Origin: Isurus oxyrinchus
Taxonomy: Eukaryota
DNA length: 64,000 nt
Assembly: GCA_026770705.1 (NCBI GenBank)
Contig: JANJGN010000035.1
Span: 1,116,001 to 1,180,000 of the forward strand
Direction of reading: 5' to 3'
A model generated the notes under the pieces. That model saw only the letters and a list, made by a program, of their open reading frames with translations. It had not been told where the DNA came from and searched no databases. Made by a program: the position numbers and the translations under genes. Shown here piece after piece: positions 38,520 through 51,829 of this stretch (within the stretch, counting starts at the first letter, position 1; every line of letters starts with the position of its first letter).

Positions 38520-39782
38520 CGAACATACGAATTAGGAGCAGAAGTTGGCCAATTGGCCCCTGGAGGCTGCTCCTCCATTCACCAAGATCATGGTTGATTT
38601 GTTTGTATTTCGAGTTCTACATACCCATCTACCCCGAAACCTTTGAACCCCTTGCTTCACAAGAATCTATCTACCTCTATCTTTATAATATTAAATGACA
38701 CCACCTCCACTGCTTTCTGAGGCAGGGAGTTCCAATGTTGCATAACCGTCTGAGGGAGAAAAATACCATAATTTCTGCCATACAAGGAACACATCTAATT
38801 TTGAGAGTACACCCTAGTTTTGGGCTCACCCACAAGGGGAAGCATCCTTTCCATGTCCTCAAGGCTAGTTAGAATCTTATATAGATCAATGAAGGCACCC
38901 CTCACTCTTCTAAACTACAATGGAAACAAACCCAGCCTGTCCAGCTGTCCTCATAAGAGAACCCGCTCATTCCAGGTATCAATGTAGTGAACCCCCTCTG
39001 AACAGCTGATAACTCACTTACACCACACCTTAAATAAACTGCAATACAGTATTACAGATGTGGCGTCATCAATCCCAGAAGTAATGAAGCATAGCATACT
39101 TACTTTGGTGATTCATTCCTCTAGTAATAAAGGAAAGCATTCTGTTAGACTTTTGCATTACTTGCTGTATCTGCATGCTAACTTTTTTTGACTCATGAAA
39201 TAAGACACCTAGAACCTGGGAACTCTACAGTCGTTCTCAAAATAATTAACGATTTTATTTAAATTCTCCGTCGCAAAGTGAATAACTTCATGTTTTCCAA
39301 CATTATAATCCATCTGTCAGATTTTTGTCCACTCACTCAACCCATCTATTTCCATGTGCAAATTGCTTCGGTCTTATTCACAACTTTCCTACCTATCTTT
39401 GTGCCATTCGCAAATTTAGCTTCCAGGCCTTCACTCCCCTCATCTAAGCCATTGATGTAAATTGTAAAAAGTTGAGGCTCCAGCATGTATCCCTGCGCTA
39501 CCCCACTCGTCACATCCTGCCAATCAGACACAGGCGCATTTACACTTACTCGTTGGTTCTGACAGAAAGCCAGCCTTCTCTCCATGCCAATGTGTTACCC
39601 ACTATACCATGAGCATTTATTTTCTGCAATAACCTTTGATGTGGCACCTTCTCAAACGACTTTTCAAAATCCAAGTACAGCATGTCTACAGGTTCCCTTT
39701 CATCTACGAAACATGCTTCTCTTTCCAAAAAAAAATCAAATAATTTGGTTAAACGTGATTTCCCTTTCACAAAACCATGCTG
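38520..39782 (-). mobile_element. CR1 LINE ORF2/3' fragment
   Basis: YLDFEKSFEKVPHQRLL; VTSGVAQGYMLEPQLFTIYIN; KFANGTKIG; CR1 tail at ~38520. Confidence 0.9.
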
Positions 39783-41046
39783 AGCGTGGCTTTTGCGAGA
39801 GTCTGGTGAACCATCGTTATATCATATCTATCGGAAATATATCCTTTTTCAAGGAGGGACTCCATACTGACATTTATTCGTTTATTTCAAGTCCTTTGAA
39901 GCAAAAGCTGCCCAGTACAAAGAGAAACTGGCAGATGTCAACATCCTGGGACTCCTTCCCTCGCAAGACTCTTAGTGTACCCACTCTGCTAAGGTTCAAG
40001 AAGTCAATACGTGACCAGGTTCTCTATGAGAATTAGGGATAGGCAATGAATGTTGGCTTAGCCAATGACGCCCACGCCCCATCAATGAATTAACAATTAC
40101 ACCGGCCTTCAGTATAGAATAAGCAATGTGATTGTGGTGATTTTTTTTACACAGACGGTGCTGGGTGTGTGTAATGGAGCAGCAAAGGATGCAGTGGGAG
40201 CTGCTTGTCGCAAACAGTTTGCGAGAGTTGTTTAAGCCCTTCATAGCAGCGATGGGCAATGCCTTGGGTTTGACTGGCTCGAAACTGGGAGTTTAACAAT
40301 ATTTTTCGTAGACATCTAGAAGTACTGATTGAATTTTGTACTAGGAGACCAATTCCACTTTGCTTCCTTGCTCCATGTTTCCTAGTTTTGCATCGCTGAG
40401 AAAATATTATGCTGGTTTATCACCTGGTGCCTGCAATATCTGCTCTTTGTGTAAATCCCACATTCTTACTGACAGGCTCTGCTTCTACTGTTCACTATTC
40501 TTCACTTTCGCCCCCCTGTGTCATGGACACACAGTTCAAGGAGGGAATTATTTCCATTCATTGTATCGAATCCTGTAGCCATTTCAGTTGGTAACCTTTC
40601 AAATAGAAATGATACAAGGGATACGGCTTTATTTAGAGTATATAAATGGGTTCTCTACGCATTTCTAGAAACAAAAACTGGCACCTTTATAGCTCTGTTA
40701 ACACAGCTGCTGTGTGTCTCCAATCTGGGTTACATCTGCTTCGAGGTATGTTTATTTATGAATAATATTGTGATATTTGCAGACGGATTGTGGGTGTTTA
40801 ATATTCGGGAGCGCTGTGTGAACCTGTGTGCTAGTTCTCATTGTACTTGGACTTTGAGAGGTATTTCAACGTAAATATTCTGAAAAAGTCAGATCATTCG
40901 AATTAATGAACAGAAAATAGAATAAATTTCAGTAGAGCTGTAACCAGCTGAGTCATAAAATACATCACACAAAGTCAAAAGGATATCAAAATGAGCTCTA
41001 GTCTGTTCAATTATATTTTCAATGATCCCTGAAGAATCAGAACCGT

Positions 41047-41106
41047 TTCCTGGTGACCTAGTTCTTAGGGTTTGTACGCTTTCACAACCACTACCTGTTC
41101 AGGAAA
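41047..41106 (+). pseudogene. tRNA-Glu(TTC) pseudogene with T arm deleted
   Basis: TTCCTGGTGACCTAGTTCTTAGG...CGCTTTCAC...TCAGGAAA aligns to tRNA-Glu TCCCTGGTGGTCTAGTGGTTAGG...CGCTTTCAC...TCAGGGAA; TTTTT at 41112. Confidence 0.7.
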
Positions 41107-41564
41107 GTACATTTTTCAGAAAAACTAACCTCTTAGATAATTCTTGTCGGTGAAGGCCAATTCTGTTTATACCATGAAGAGCCGCTGCACGTGGAACCAA
41201 ACAGTTGTCAAGTGAGAAAGGACCTTTCACGTGTCATCAACATTCAAAATATCCACACAATGCAAGCACTGAATTTTATGCTCGCGGGTGAAAGGAAGTC
41301 TTCAGGGAGACAGTAAAATTCAGAATTCCACAGATGAGCGCTGTTCTGGGAGAAAAAAGAAAACCGACATCGCCTCTTAAAATGGAGACCTCTCATTTTT
41401 CAACTGTGCCCCCAATTGTAGCCTCAACCCAAAAGAATCCCCTCGGGGTCGCCTATGAGATCTCTAAACTCCAATGGGTGCAGGCCCAAACTGTCATCAT
41501 AAGATAAACCATTCATCCTAGGAATGAATTGAGTGAACTTTCTCTGAAATGCTTCTTATGCATT

Positions 41565-42503
41565 TGTTATGACCTGGCTGATGTTATGTGCCAGTTGGGC
41601 GAAATACACAAGGATAACATGGCCACTCTATGACAACAGATTTGGCAATTTGTATTTACTACGAGAAGGTTTTTACAATGAACTCAGAGGAATTGATTCC
41701 AATAACACATTTAGATATTTGAAATTAAGTTAAAACATTTATTAACAAAAGGAAAAAAAATAAACGCACAAAGGATTAAAGTTACACCGATAGCTAGAAT
41801 TAACATTTCTCAAAATTCTTAATTAAACAGGTTGCAATCTCCACTCCCCCTATAACGCAACAGTCCAAGATAAGTTTGCAACTTAAAAATTCAACTGAGC
41901 ACACGAACTACTGGACAGTGGATTCCCAAAGTCTTGTAACCCAACATTTCTGTTACTGGAAAGAGCAGACTTCTGCTAAAGAAGCTGGAAGCTTTGCCAC
42001 GAGGACTGCTTCACATGGTGCACCTTTCAATCTCAAAATGCCAAACCCCCTCTCCAGTCTTTCATCCATCTTCATATATGTTTCTCTCTCTTTAATCTCT
42101 AAATTTAATTGTTCCACAGCTCTTTGGAAGTTTAATTTTCCCGGTATATAAAAATCTTTCATAAAGTCAATATGGCCTCTCTCCTCTTGGGAACAATAAA
42201 CGTAATAATCTTGCCCTATTTATTTTGTCAGTTGCAAACACCCTATTATACCTTTCAACCGCAACCACCTTTGCACTTAATTTAAATTGCAAATTTATTT
42301 CACACCTTACATGCTGCTCTCATTCATGTTTACTCATTAGCATTGCAAATGTATTTTTGCACCTAACATGTTTTGATCAGTTCAACCTTAAAGTCTATCT
42401 GACTTTGATTCAATTAAGTCAGTCACTTAGGCAGAACCAACCACACACACACACACATATAAGCCTATAATAATATTATGAAACATATTATCGTTTCATG
42501 ACG
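41565..42503. mobile_element. Solo-LTR-like insertion splitting a CR1 fragment (~41330-41564 and 42508-42715)
   Basis: Termini TGTTATGA...TCATGACG form an imperfect inverted repeat, flanked by CATT/AATT (4-bp TSD with one mismatch). The CR1 sequence resumes across the insertion. Confidence 0.65.
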
Positions 42504-43019
42504 AATTCATTTTTTTTTCAAATAGGGAGGCCAAAACTGTACACAGTATTCCAAATGTATCCTCACCAAGCTACTGTACAGCTGCAGTAAAAGTTCACTA
42601 CTTTTATATTCCATTCTTCCTCAATAGACGTCAACATTGCCTTTGTCTTCCTAACTCTTGTTGGACTGGCATACAAACTTTTTTAGCGATTCATGTACTC
42701 GTGCACCACTATCACTGTACAGATATAGTCAGTTGAAGAAACTCTTTCCGTTCGCTTGGAATCTGGGACTATGGTGACAGTTAAAAAAAAAGTTAGATTT
42801 CAACATTGAAATTAGGAAACAACCCCACACACCAAGGGTGCTGTAAGTTCAGAGCTCCCTTCTGTACATGGTAACTGGTGGTTTTAATATAAATCTGTGA
42901 TCGATAGCGTTTTATTGCAAAAAAAATCATTAATGTGCAAAAACGACTTGGTTCCCAATTGACCACGATATCTCTGAATAACCGAACAGAATCTACTGAC
43001 TAAATCGCCTTACCAAAAG

Positions 43020-43110
43020 CAAGATTGAGGAAAAGTGGATCATCTTTCGGCTCAGCACTCTGCAGCCTCCTCAACTCAAAACTGTGTTCATCAATTTTAG
43101 AACATAATAT
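43020..43110 (+). mobile_element. Penelope GIY-YIG C-terminal fragment
   Basis: EEKWIIFRLSTLQPPQLKTVFINFRT* resembles the PLE motif EEQHLIFRLGTLQP.GLNIEF.NF. Confidence 0.65.
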
Positions 43111-43259
43111 TCGCCTCCATCTTGTTTACTATTTTTATTCCCTTTGCTGGCTTGGTTTGGTCCCGTTTATTTAATTATTCTTTCATATTGTCTTCGGGCG
43201 GCTACTATGCAGCCATTCATGACCTCACATAGACAAATTGCATTTTACCCTGTATTACA

Positions 43260-43462
43260 AGGGGATTTGGAGTACAAGAAGAAATAAGTCTTGCAAAAAT
43301 AGCCCAGGGATTTGGTGACACCATAACTTTAATATTGTTTGCAGTTGTGGTCTCCATATTTAAGGAAGGATACAATTTCATTAGAGGTGGCACACAGAAT
43401 GTTCACTGATAGGTCCCCGGGGTGAGCTGACTGTCCTATGCTGAGATGCTGAGTAAAATGGA
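43260..43462 (+). mobile_element. CR1 ORF2 fragment
   Basis: LQLWSPYLRKDTISLEVAHRMFT. Confidence 0.75.
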
Positions 43463-43965
43463 GCATCATTCCGGCTCGCCCAGGCGGTGGTTACATATGT
43501 TACTATCCTGAACTACCAAAGCAGGCGTCCATCATGCTCCCGGCTTAAGTTCCATTGCCATCGCCCCTGACATGAGGTTCAATCTCTCCTCGCACTATAA
43601 CTGTGCAGATGAGGCCATCCCAAGTAGCTCGCAGGGACGGGATATTTTTATATGTAAACGTCCGTTTAAGGAAACATTGGATTGTTCTATAAATTGAACA
43701 TTTTTGGCAGTCAATAAAATAATGGAGTTACTTACATAACTCCACATTGATACTTCATTGCAGTATTCAGCACTAAAAGCATCCCACAAAAGGGCTTATG
43801 CCTTGTGAACACTTGTTATCGGTTACCCCCGCGGTCTCAGGATCAACAGATGGATGGCTTCATTTAGTTCCTAGTTTTATGTGGAGGGAGTGAATCGCCG
43901 GAGGCGGAATCAGAGGACATCCTATATAATTTCCAAATCTTTACTGCAAAGATAGGTTTTTTTGA

Positions 43966-44129
43966 AAAGCCCTGCACAGGAATAGTACTCCTGTGCGCAA
44001 CCTGTGCACCATCCACGCCAAGCGAGTCACTATCTTTCCCAAAGACATCCAGTTGGACGCCGCATCCGCGAGGAGCGAGTCTAAAACACGGCTTCAGTAA
44101 CAAGTGTAACAACAGCTCATTTCGGAGGT
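43966..44129 (+). pseudogene. Replication-dependent-type histone H3 pseudogene with a large internal deletion
   Basis: 43999-44084 encodes NLCTIHAKRVTIFPKDIQL..RRIR...*. TATATAA at 43923; degenerate stem-loop AGCTCATTTCGGAGGT at 44114-44129. Confidence 0.8.
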
Positions 44130-45472
44130 ACCAAATGGACAAAGGGAACAGGCGTGATCTGTCATTGCTGAGAGCAACATTTCCTCACCCGCAAAATATT
44201 CTGTACAACTGAGTGATTTTAGAAACACCCAGTGCTTTGCTGGGCCATTTCAGGGGGACAGTTAAGAGCCCTGTGTCTGGAGTCACAAGTTGACCAATCC
44301 ATGGTCATGATGACAGATCTGTAACCTGTGAGCTGTATCTGATTCCAGTGATGGGGCTGGTCTTTAATTAATGGAGTGTGGGCCTGATATCTGACCTGGA
44401 ATTCAGAAGCAGCATCTCCCGCACCTGTCGGAACCTCACTTTCCCACTAGAAACAGAATATGAAATTGTTTCCCCATTCGCGAAATCAATCCCTGTCCCT
44501 TTGTACCTCTCACTGGAATTTCAGCAACGTAATATCTCACCGAAATACATGCAATCTTCAAAGCTTTAGAAACCCGGTGCAGATCAATGTTCTCATTTTG
44601 CACTTTCATACAGCTCGTAATAGCTGAACAGCAATGTTTGCAGGAAAGCAGTGGGATAAAATTCATAACTTTGTATTGTAAATCTTGGGTTGGAGTAGGC
44701 GTTGTGAATTAGTTGGTTAAAAAGCCTTTTGAATACACATAAGATTCTGCGTTCAAATCTTAGACGTCCCTTTATCCGTTTTGTCGGTGCATGGTTTTGA
44801 ATTAAACCAATGACGTTCAGGAACAGCATTGAGAATTAACCGCCTATATAATGAAGCCGAACCGGACCATCGTTTCCTCGGGAGGTTCATGCAGAAGGAT
44901 AATTTTGAAATATTGTCGGCGATAACGGTGAGCGAGGTTTGAATGATTTATGCAAAAGCGCATTAGGCAGGAAAGAGCAGGAAAGGATAAGTGCTGGAGT
45001 TTCTTCGATAAAGGCCCTGGACTGACATGTCTATTTCCACAACACACTTTGTGATTCGCTCAATTTGGAACGTTGCTCCGAATGAGCTTTGATGTTTTCC
45101 GTGCGATGGTATCATACTTTCCCCACAACAAACACCCCATGAAATTGTTTAACTAACTGCGAAATCCATCTCCGTGTCTTTTTAGCTTCCCACTACAATT
45201 ATACCTTCCAGGATTCTTCGCACTATTCAAAACTTTAAAGGCCCAGTGCAGATACCTGGGTATCAACAGCTGTCACATCTCACGCCACTGGTCAGGAGCG
45301 AGTAGTTGGTGCAATTTAGAAGATTTGTGAAATGACACCAAAGGGAGGCTGTCGGTCTGTCTGTGAGGGAAATGCTCTGTATCGGGTGAATCCACAAATA
45401 AGGAAACACATAAAAAGTTTGACTTGTTTCTTGTTAAACAATGAAGATGAATATCGGGAAAGGCAGAGTGAA

Positions 45473-45533
45473 GTCTGGGTTGCTCAGTCCGTAGAGCATC
45501 CGAGGGTCCAGGTTTCAAGTCCCTGTCTAGCCG
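45473..45533 (+). pseudogene. tRNA-Lys(TTT)-type pseudogene lacking the anticodon arm
   Basis: GTCTGGGTTGCTCAGTCCGTAGAGCATC|CGAGGGTCCAGGTTTCAAGTCCCTG: 61 nt, equal to 73-nt tRNA-Lys minus 12 nt. Confidence 0.85.
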
Positions 45534-48500
45534 CTGCCAATTGACAAAAGGTGCTCGCTACCCATGAAACGGCAAAAAAAAAACAACAATGGAACCTGAA
45601 TTTTTCAAGGAGAACTGAAGAAATGGAGACGTTTCCTTGATGTGCAAGAAAAGATCTATCCCATCGAAATTGTGGCAGCCTCGGTCAATTTTAAGAATTC
45701 TTCCAGATATTCCAAGTGTAGAAAGTGCTCCTTGATTTCCTCTTGTTTGGCACTATCGCTCTAGGCCTGTGCCAGGAATAAATGTTAAAATTCAGCCCGG
45801 TTCCTGCCGCCGGGGGAACGGTTTCTCCGTGTTTAACCTAACAATTCATTTTAACAGGTTAGAAACTTCGATCAAATCACAAAGATAAAATCAAACTACT
45901 GCAGATGCGGGAAATCTGACACAAAAACAGATGCTGGATCAGACCACACTTCATTATTTAATAATCAAGAGAATAGAAAACAGTTAATCCCTGAAAATTA
46001 AAAACAACGTGCAAGGAGCGGGGAAAAGGCGGGGGATTGATTGTAGGCCAGCAGAGAAAGGATGGGCCAAATGACTCCTCTTCTTCTGTACCCAATGTAT
46101 GATTCTTCGAATCTAGGATTATGAAACTTGACCTCCAAATGCAAACTACTGAACTCTGGAATCCCACTGGTGAATCAACGCCGCTTCCACTCCAAGGTCA
46201 ATATATTCCTCATGTTTCCTGTGTCTGGTGTCTGTAAGAAAATGACATCAGCGGCAGGTGTGTCATGGGTTTCCAGATTCTCAAACATTCAAGGATCTCC
46301 TGATTGAATATCCACCTCAAGTCCCCATTCCTGAAAATTCTCAGTTCACTCTGCCTTACAGCCCTGTAGCAGGTGAACAATTCGCAATGAGTTTGCTGCA
46401 AAACAGTGGAATGCGCTTCAAAACATCGCTGCCTGGTGTTGCTTGGAATTTTTTGCTGTTGCTTAGTGGATGATATCTTAGATCTAGTAATGGAGGCGAT
46501 CCTGTGTTTGAATCTTAAAGGCGCTTTTACTTATTTCAAATTCATCAGGCAAAGCGCTGAGCATTTTTGAGTAGGTGGAGAGCGTTTAGAATGACGTGTG
46601 AATGTAAATGAGCACAACAGGATCGAAATTTCCTTTGCAGCAAACGTGCACCGTTGTCTTTATGTATCCCTCCCTCTTCAGTTCAACCAAATGAACCAAT
46701 GGGTTTGTTGGGTTACGTGAATGAAAACTGCTTTGGGGTTAGTGCAGAAGCTTTGCAGGAAATCCCATTTTATTTTTCTCTTTGATCTGGAATGCCGCAC
46801 ACAATTTCATAAAGAGCATCATTAGGGATCAATCTCCGAAAACCTCGAGGGATTTGAAAAGTAATTCTGGCAAAAACCAAGGCTTTAAAGACTTCTCGAT
46901 CAACCACAATGCATTTCAATGAATTTTGTTCTCCACTTTCAATCCACATGGAAACTGTTCTCGACATGAATCTCACTGAAACAGAGGGTGACCGTGTGGT
47001 ATCTGCCAACCTGTAGGTGATGCGCTTTGGGACACTGCAGGACGCTCTCCTGGGGCTGACACAGGACCCCAGGGGAGGATTGCTGCAACGCTTGGGACAC
47101 ATTGATAACTTTTTCTTTTATTGCTTTGTGGATGTGAGAATCGCTGGTAAGGCCATGATTTCTTTGTGGAGCCTCTTTCTCCAGTCAGTGTTAAGTTGAC
47201 CACTACCATTCAGGACTGCATGTGACAGGATTACAGAGCTTAAACCTGACCCGTTGGTTATGGGGTTAATTCGAAAGCGATTCTCTGTGAGGACAGGAAA
47301 CCGAAGTTTCATGGCACAAAAACCAAAGGGTGCTGTCATTGGAATAAGATAAACAAGATTTGTAGAAGGCACTTGCTCAGCCTCAGCTGGTGCATCCCGT
47401 CTGGTTCTGGCCGCTGCTGTTGAGAAAGGATGGGAAGATGTGAAGGGTGTTGGAAAGAGGGCAGAAAATATTCACGAGAGTGTTTCCTGAGATGAGGAAA
47501 TTCGGTTATCAAGTTAGTTTGGAAAATTAGGACTATTTTCCTGAGAGAAAAAAAAGGCTGAGTGGAGACTTGATGGGAGAATTGAAAATCACGAGGGATC
47601 TGGACAGATTGGATGTGAAGAAAATTTTCCCATTTCTGAAAGGATCCAGTTGGAGCTGGTGCAGATTTAAAGTAGTTGTTTAAAAAATGCAATAGTGACA
47701 CGAGAAAAAAAAAAAAGATCCTTTATCGCAGAAAGTGGTTAAGGTCTGGAATGCAACACCTGAGAGTGTGGCGGAGCAGGTTCAAGGGAAACATTCAAAC
47801 CAGAGTTAGACTGTTATCTGGAAAGGAGGAACGTTCATCCGGGAAGAAGGCAGGGAACGGCACAAAGTGAATTACTCATTCAGAGAGATGGTACAGACAA
47901 AATGGGTTGAATGACCCCCTCCTACGCTGTAACATTTCTGAGTTTCTGTGATTCTGTGAGTATAATAAGGAAAGGAAAGATGTGCCCAGATGAGGTTGTG
48001 AATAGCAGCACAGCAACCGCCCGAAGGTAACATGGGGAATAAAGATAGAAACAAGACAAACCAAACTGGCCAGAAGAAAAAAAATACCCACTGGAAACAA
48101 CATGGAGACAGATGTTAGATTTAAATTCGCTGAACGCAATGTTGAGGCCAGAAGGCTGCAGTTGGAAGATGAGGTGTTCTCCTTGGAATTTTGCTGTTGT
48201 TGCCGCCATTTAGTCCCGAAAACACGTTCTGTGACGTTGTGCTTGATTGGAGAACAGCTGCATATGCTCGGCTTTGGCTCATATTCTCTCCTACCCTTTA
48301 ATAAAACTCGACGAATATCAGATTGAAAATGCAACAATTGATCAAGCATTAGTTTCCGTGTACAAAGGGAGCTTTGAAGTTCCAAACGCTTTCTGTGTAG
48401 AACTGTTTCTCAATTTCCATTCTGGCTTTAGATTTTTGACTGTGGCCCTTAGTCCGAGATTCCTAGGAAACAGAAGTAGGTTCGGGCTCTGATGTTATGT

Positions 48501-50409
48501 TTCCCTTGGCTTCCGGAATTCTTGGATCAAATCAGTGCATGAATCACGAGGGAGGCAGGGACAGTCAGTGCCTTCCAGGGGCTGAGCTGTGTTTTACTGT
48601 CCGGAATTGAGGAGCATGAGGAGGGAGTTCAAGAAGCAAACCATGATGCAGATCAACAAAGTTGAATGATTGGCGATAAGCGAGAGAGAGGAATATGAAT
48701 GCCATTCAGGATATATTTTCCAAAATGCCTTCAGATAGAAAAGGAAAGCAGTACAGAAACTGGAAAACCGAAAGAAAAAAAACCAGAACATTCTGGAAAC
48801 ATTCAGCAGCTCATAGATCTTGTCTGGAGATGAAATGGGAACTGTTCAGGTCGATAACATTTTATCAAAATGGAAGAAAGATGTGAATGTAACAGGGTTT
48901 AAAGCAGTGGAGTATGGGAATAGGTGGGATGTACATAAGAACATTTCAATGAGGATATAGGGCATGGGGAAAGGTTTCATGGGGACAAAAATATATAATG
49001 GCTGTAGGAAGTAAAGCAAAAAAACAGGTGTCCATATAAGTTTATGAATGGCCACCTAGCAAAAGTCCGAATGTAACATGAAGGAATAAAGAAAGAAACG
49101 TGACCAAACAATGTTGAAGCAGATGTTCTGATCAAAAATTGTTGCACTGAGTGTTCAGTCCTGAAGGATCTATCCTACCCTGTTGAGTGACCAGGGGCAG
49201 TTCCTAGAGCTTTGCTGTTGCAGAGAGCCTTTAATCGCTGGAGCATGTTCTGTTATTCTGAGATCCTGGTTGTTTGGTGACTTCCTCCATATGTACATTT
49301 TTCTCTTATATTCCTTTAAGACCACTTTTAAAGAAAACTCTTTGAATCTCAGATTTAAAATAAAGCAATGGGTTAAACAATAATTACCGTAATCAGAACC
49401 TCCAGCGTCATTTGTGTGTAGAATTATTTTCTAATTCCCCTGTTAAAATCTCTGGCTTTAATTCTTTGACTGTGACCTGGGACCTTGATTCCCAGTCAGC
49501 AGCAGTAGTTTATGGGCCGATCATATCCGTTCAACGCTACAAACAAAATATCAAATCCCCCCTGCAATCATGAGGAAGGAGTTCGGTAAAGGGACAGTCA
49601 ATGGGTTAAATCTAGGGACTGAGCTGTTGTTTAGTGTCGGGAATTGAAGACAGTTAGGAGGGAGTTCAAGAGACAGTGTTACAGAGGAAGAAAACTGAAA
49701 GATTGGCGAGGGGGAAGAGCGAGGGATATGAATGACGTTCAGCATCTTTCAAATGTTGCTCAATGAAAGACAGAAAGAGAAATTAATCTCTGCACCAAGG
49801 AGCTGCTGATCCGTGCAGGGACCATAAAATAGAATTGAATTTTGCAGAATCATGGTTTTTACTCAGAGAGAGGTAATGGGACGAGCAAATAAATAAAAGA
49901 TGGAGGATAGTTGGCAGGATACTAAACAGCTGACGTCCGGAAACAAGAATACAAGGGGGAAAGTAAATTTTAAAATCCGTAACAAATGATAGCAGAAATT
50001 AGAATGTGAGTCCCTATGTCATGTTACTGTCACCCTTTTAAAGATGCACTTTTGCCATCGGATTATTAATGAGTTCTGGCTTGTTACTCATTACTAAATT
50101 TAGCATGGCCGGTTCCTCTCGGTTTCATAGTGTCTTGTTTCAGCAAACTGCTCTAGGTTGAAGCTACCAAATCACCGATTTTCCGATTCAAGCCAGTTTA
50201 GGTGAAAAAAAAACCGTTTTTTATGCTAAAACACACACAGGAACGTCGTCCAACTATTGCCATACAGTTTCTCACACTCTCACACACCTCTGAAAACAAC
50301 CGCTGTTCCTTTAATTGCACGAAATGTCTACTTTATATCAACCAATTTCCAATTCTAAAGCCGATTCAAATTTTGTGTGCTTCCTTTGTGTTAATTTGTA
50401 ATAAAATGC

Positions 50410-50481
50410 CTCCCCGTCGGTGAGTTCAACCCCTACCTCCCGCGTGACAGGCGGCGTTACTGACCACTATAGTAAGGAGGA
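50410..50481 (-). pseudogene. tRNA-Asp(GTC) pseudogene
   Basis: 72-nt degenerate paralog of 4496-4567; GTC loop retained, but D stem, T arm and acceptor are mutated. Confidence 0.9.
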
Positions 50482-50661
50482 ATAAACATAAATTGTTCGA
50501 AGTAAAGGAACCTGGGGTTAGTTTCACACTTTAACTAATGAAATCGAAGGGTTGTTCTAATGTGGGGCTGCAGAGTGTACCTTAAATGATCCCAGAGAGA
50601 AGGATGGCAGGATAACTTCTCTAAATGAAGTCACCATGTCTCAATTCCAATCTGGGTTTTA

Positions 50662-50873
50662 TGAAACAAAAACAGAACATGCTGGCAAAACTAAGCGTCT
50701 CTGACAGTAGCTATAGTGAAAAAGTTAAAGTTAACTTTTCGAGTCCATAGAGTCATATGGACCTGAAACGTGAACTCTGCCTTTGTCTCCACAGATGCTG
50801 TCAGAGGTGCTGCGTTTATCCAGCATTTTTTGTTTTTGTTTCAGATTTACAGCATCCACAATATTTTACCTTT
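50662..50873. mobile_element. Palindromic Penelope-associated element inserted only in cassette copy 3
   Basis: TGAAACAAAAACAGAACATGCTGG...CCAGCATTTTTTGTTTTTGTTTCA inverted arms; absent at the paralogous site near 18175. Confidence 0.7.
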
Positions 50874-51829
50874 AGCCTGGACTTAATGATGCTTAATAAC
50901 TCACAGATTGACAGAATTACTGAACAATGCAAATTGAATTGTCGCATGCTCAGTACAGTTATATCCTGAAGAAGTCCTTGTGAGTATAATGGTTCCATTT
51001 CTCAATGAGAACCTGCGGCCGACAGTGAGACCTGCGCATGTAATACTCACATCACATTTCCAGGAAAGTTGCCAATTTCGGCGATCGCCAGACTTCCGAT
51101 CTTATTTATTAATTTCAATTTATTTATTTCATGATTTTTGTTTGTCAAAGCTTTCGCGCCACTGACTGGTTTGTAATAGGCAGGTTGATTTTCTCCCCTT
51201 TTTTGAATATGGATGGAACATTTTCAATCCTCCAGTCCTCTGGCACCAATGGATGACTCTGTCTCTCTCTCTCACCACATTGCTACCACTACTTCCTCTT
51301 CTCCCATATATTTTCATAATTGCAGTTTGCGTTTTTATATATACTTGATTGTTTTTACACAGAACGATAATTATTCTCGTTTTGGTGAGTCAGATTTATG
51401 AGAACACACTCTACAATATTGATACGATCAATAATTACTTATTATAATTATGTACATGAATATTGCTTACAATGTTCCAAATATGATTAAATCTGAGGTC
51501 GATACCTGTGGCACAAGGGAGTAGAAAACATGTGTATGGTGGGCTGTTGATGAGCTCTAGTCCATTGTTTGTTGTAGAAACTGTTTGTTGGAATTTCACT
51601 CTGGCTAGAATTGATTAGAAGATTAGATTACACATGATTGATTAGATTACTAATCCATTGGTATTGCAAGAGAGAGAAAGAGAGATGCTATCCAATTGGC
51701 ATAAGGCGGGTTCTCTCTGATCCACTGCTTGTGAGCATGTTCACAGGAAAGTCGAGGGCGAGGGCATAATGCGACCTGTCGGTGAGATCTGAGTTCATGT
51801 AATGGAGAGAGAGTTCCATAAGTACTCAC

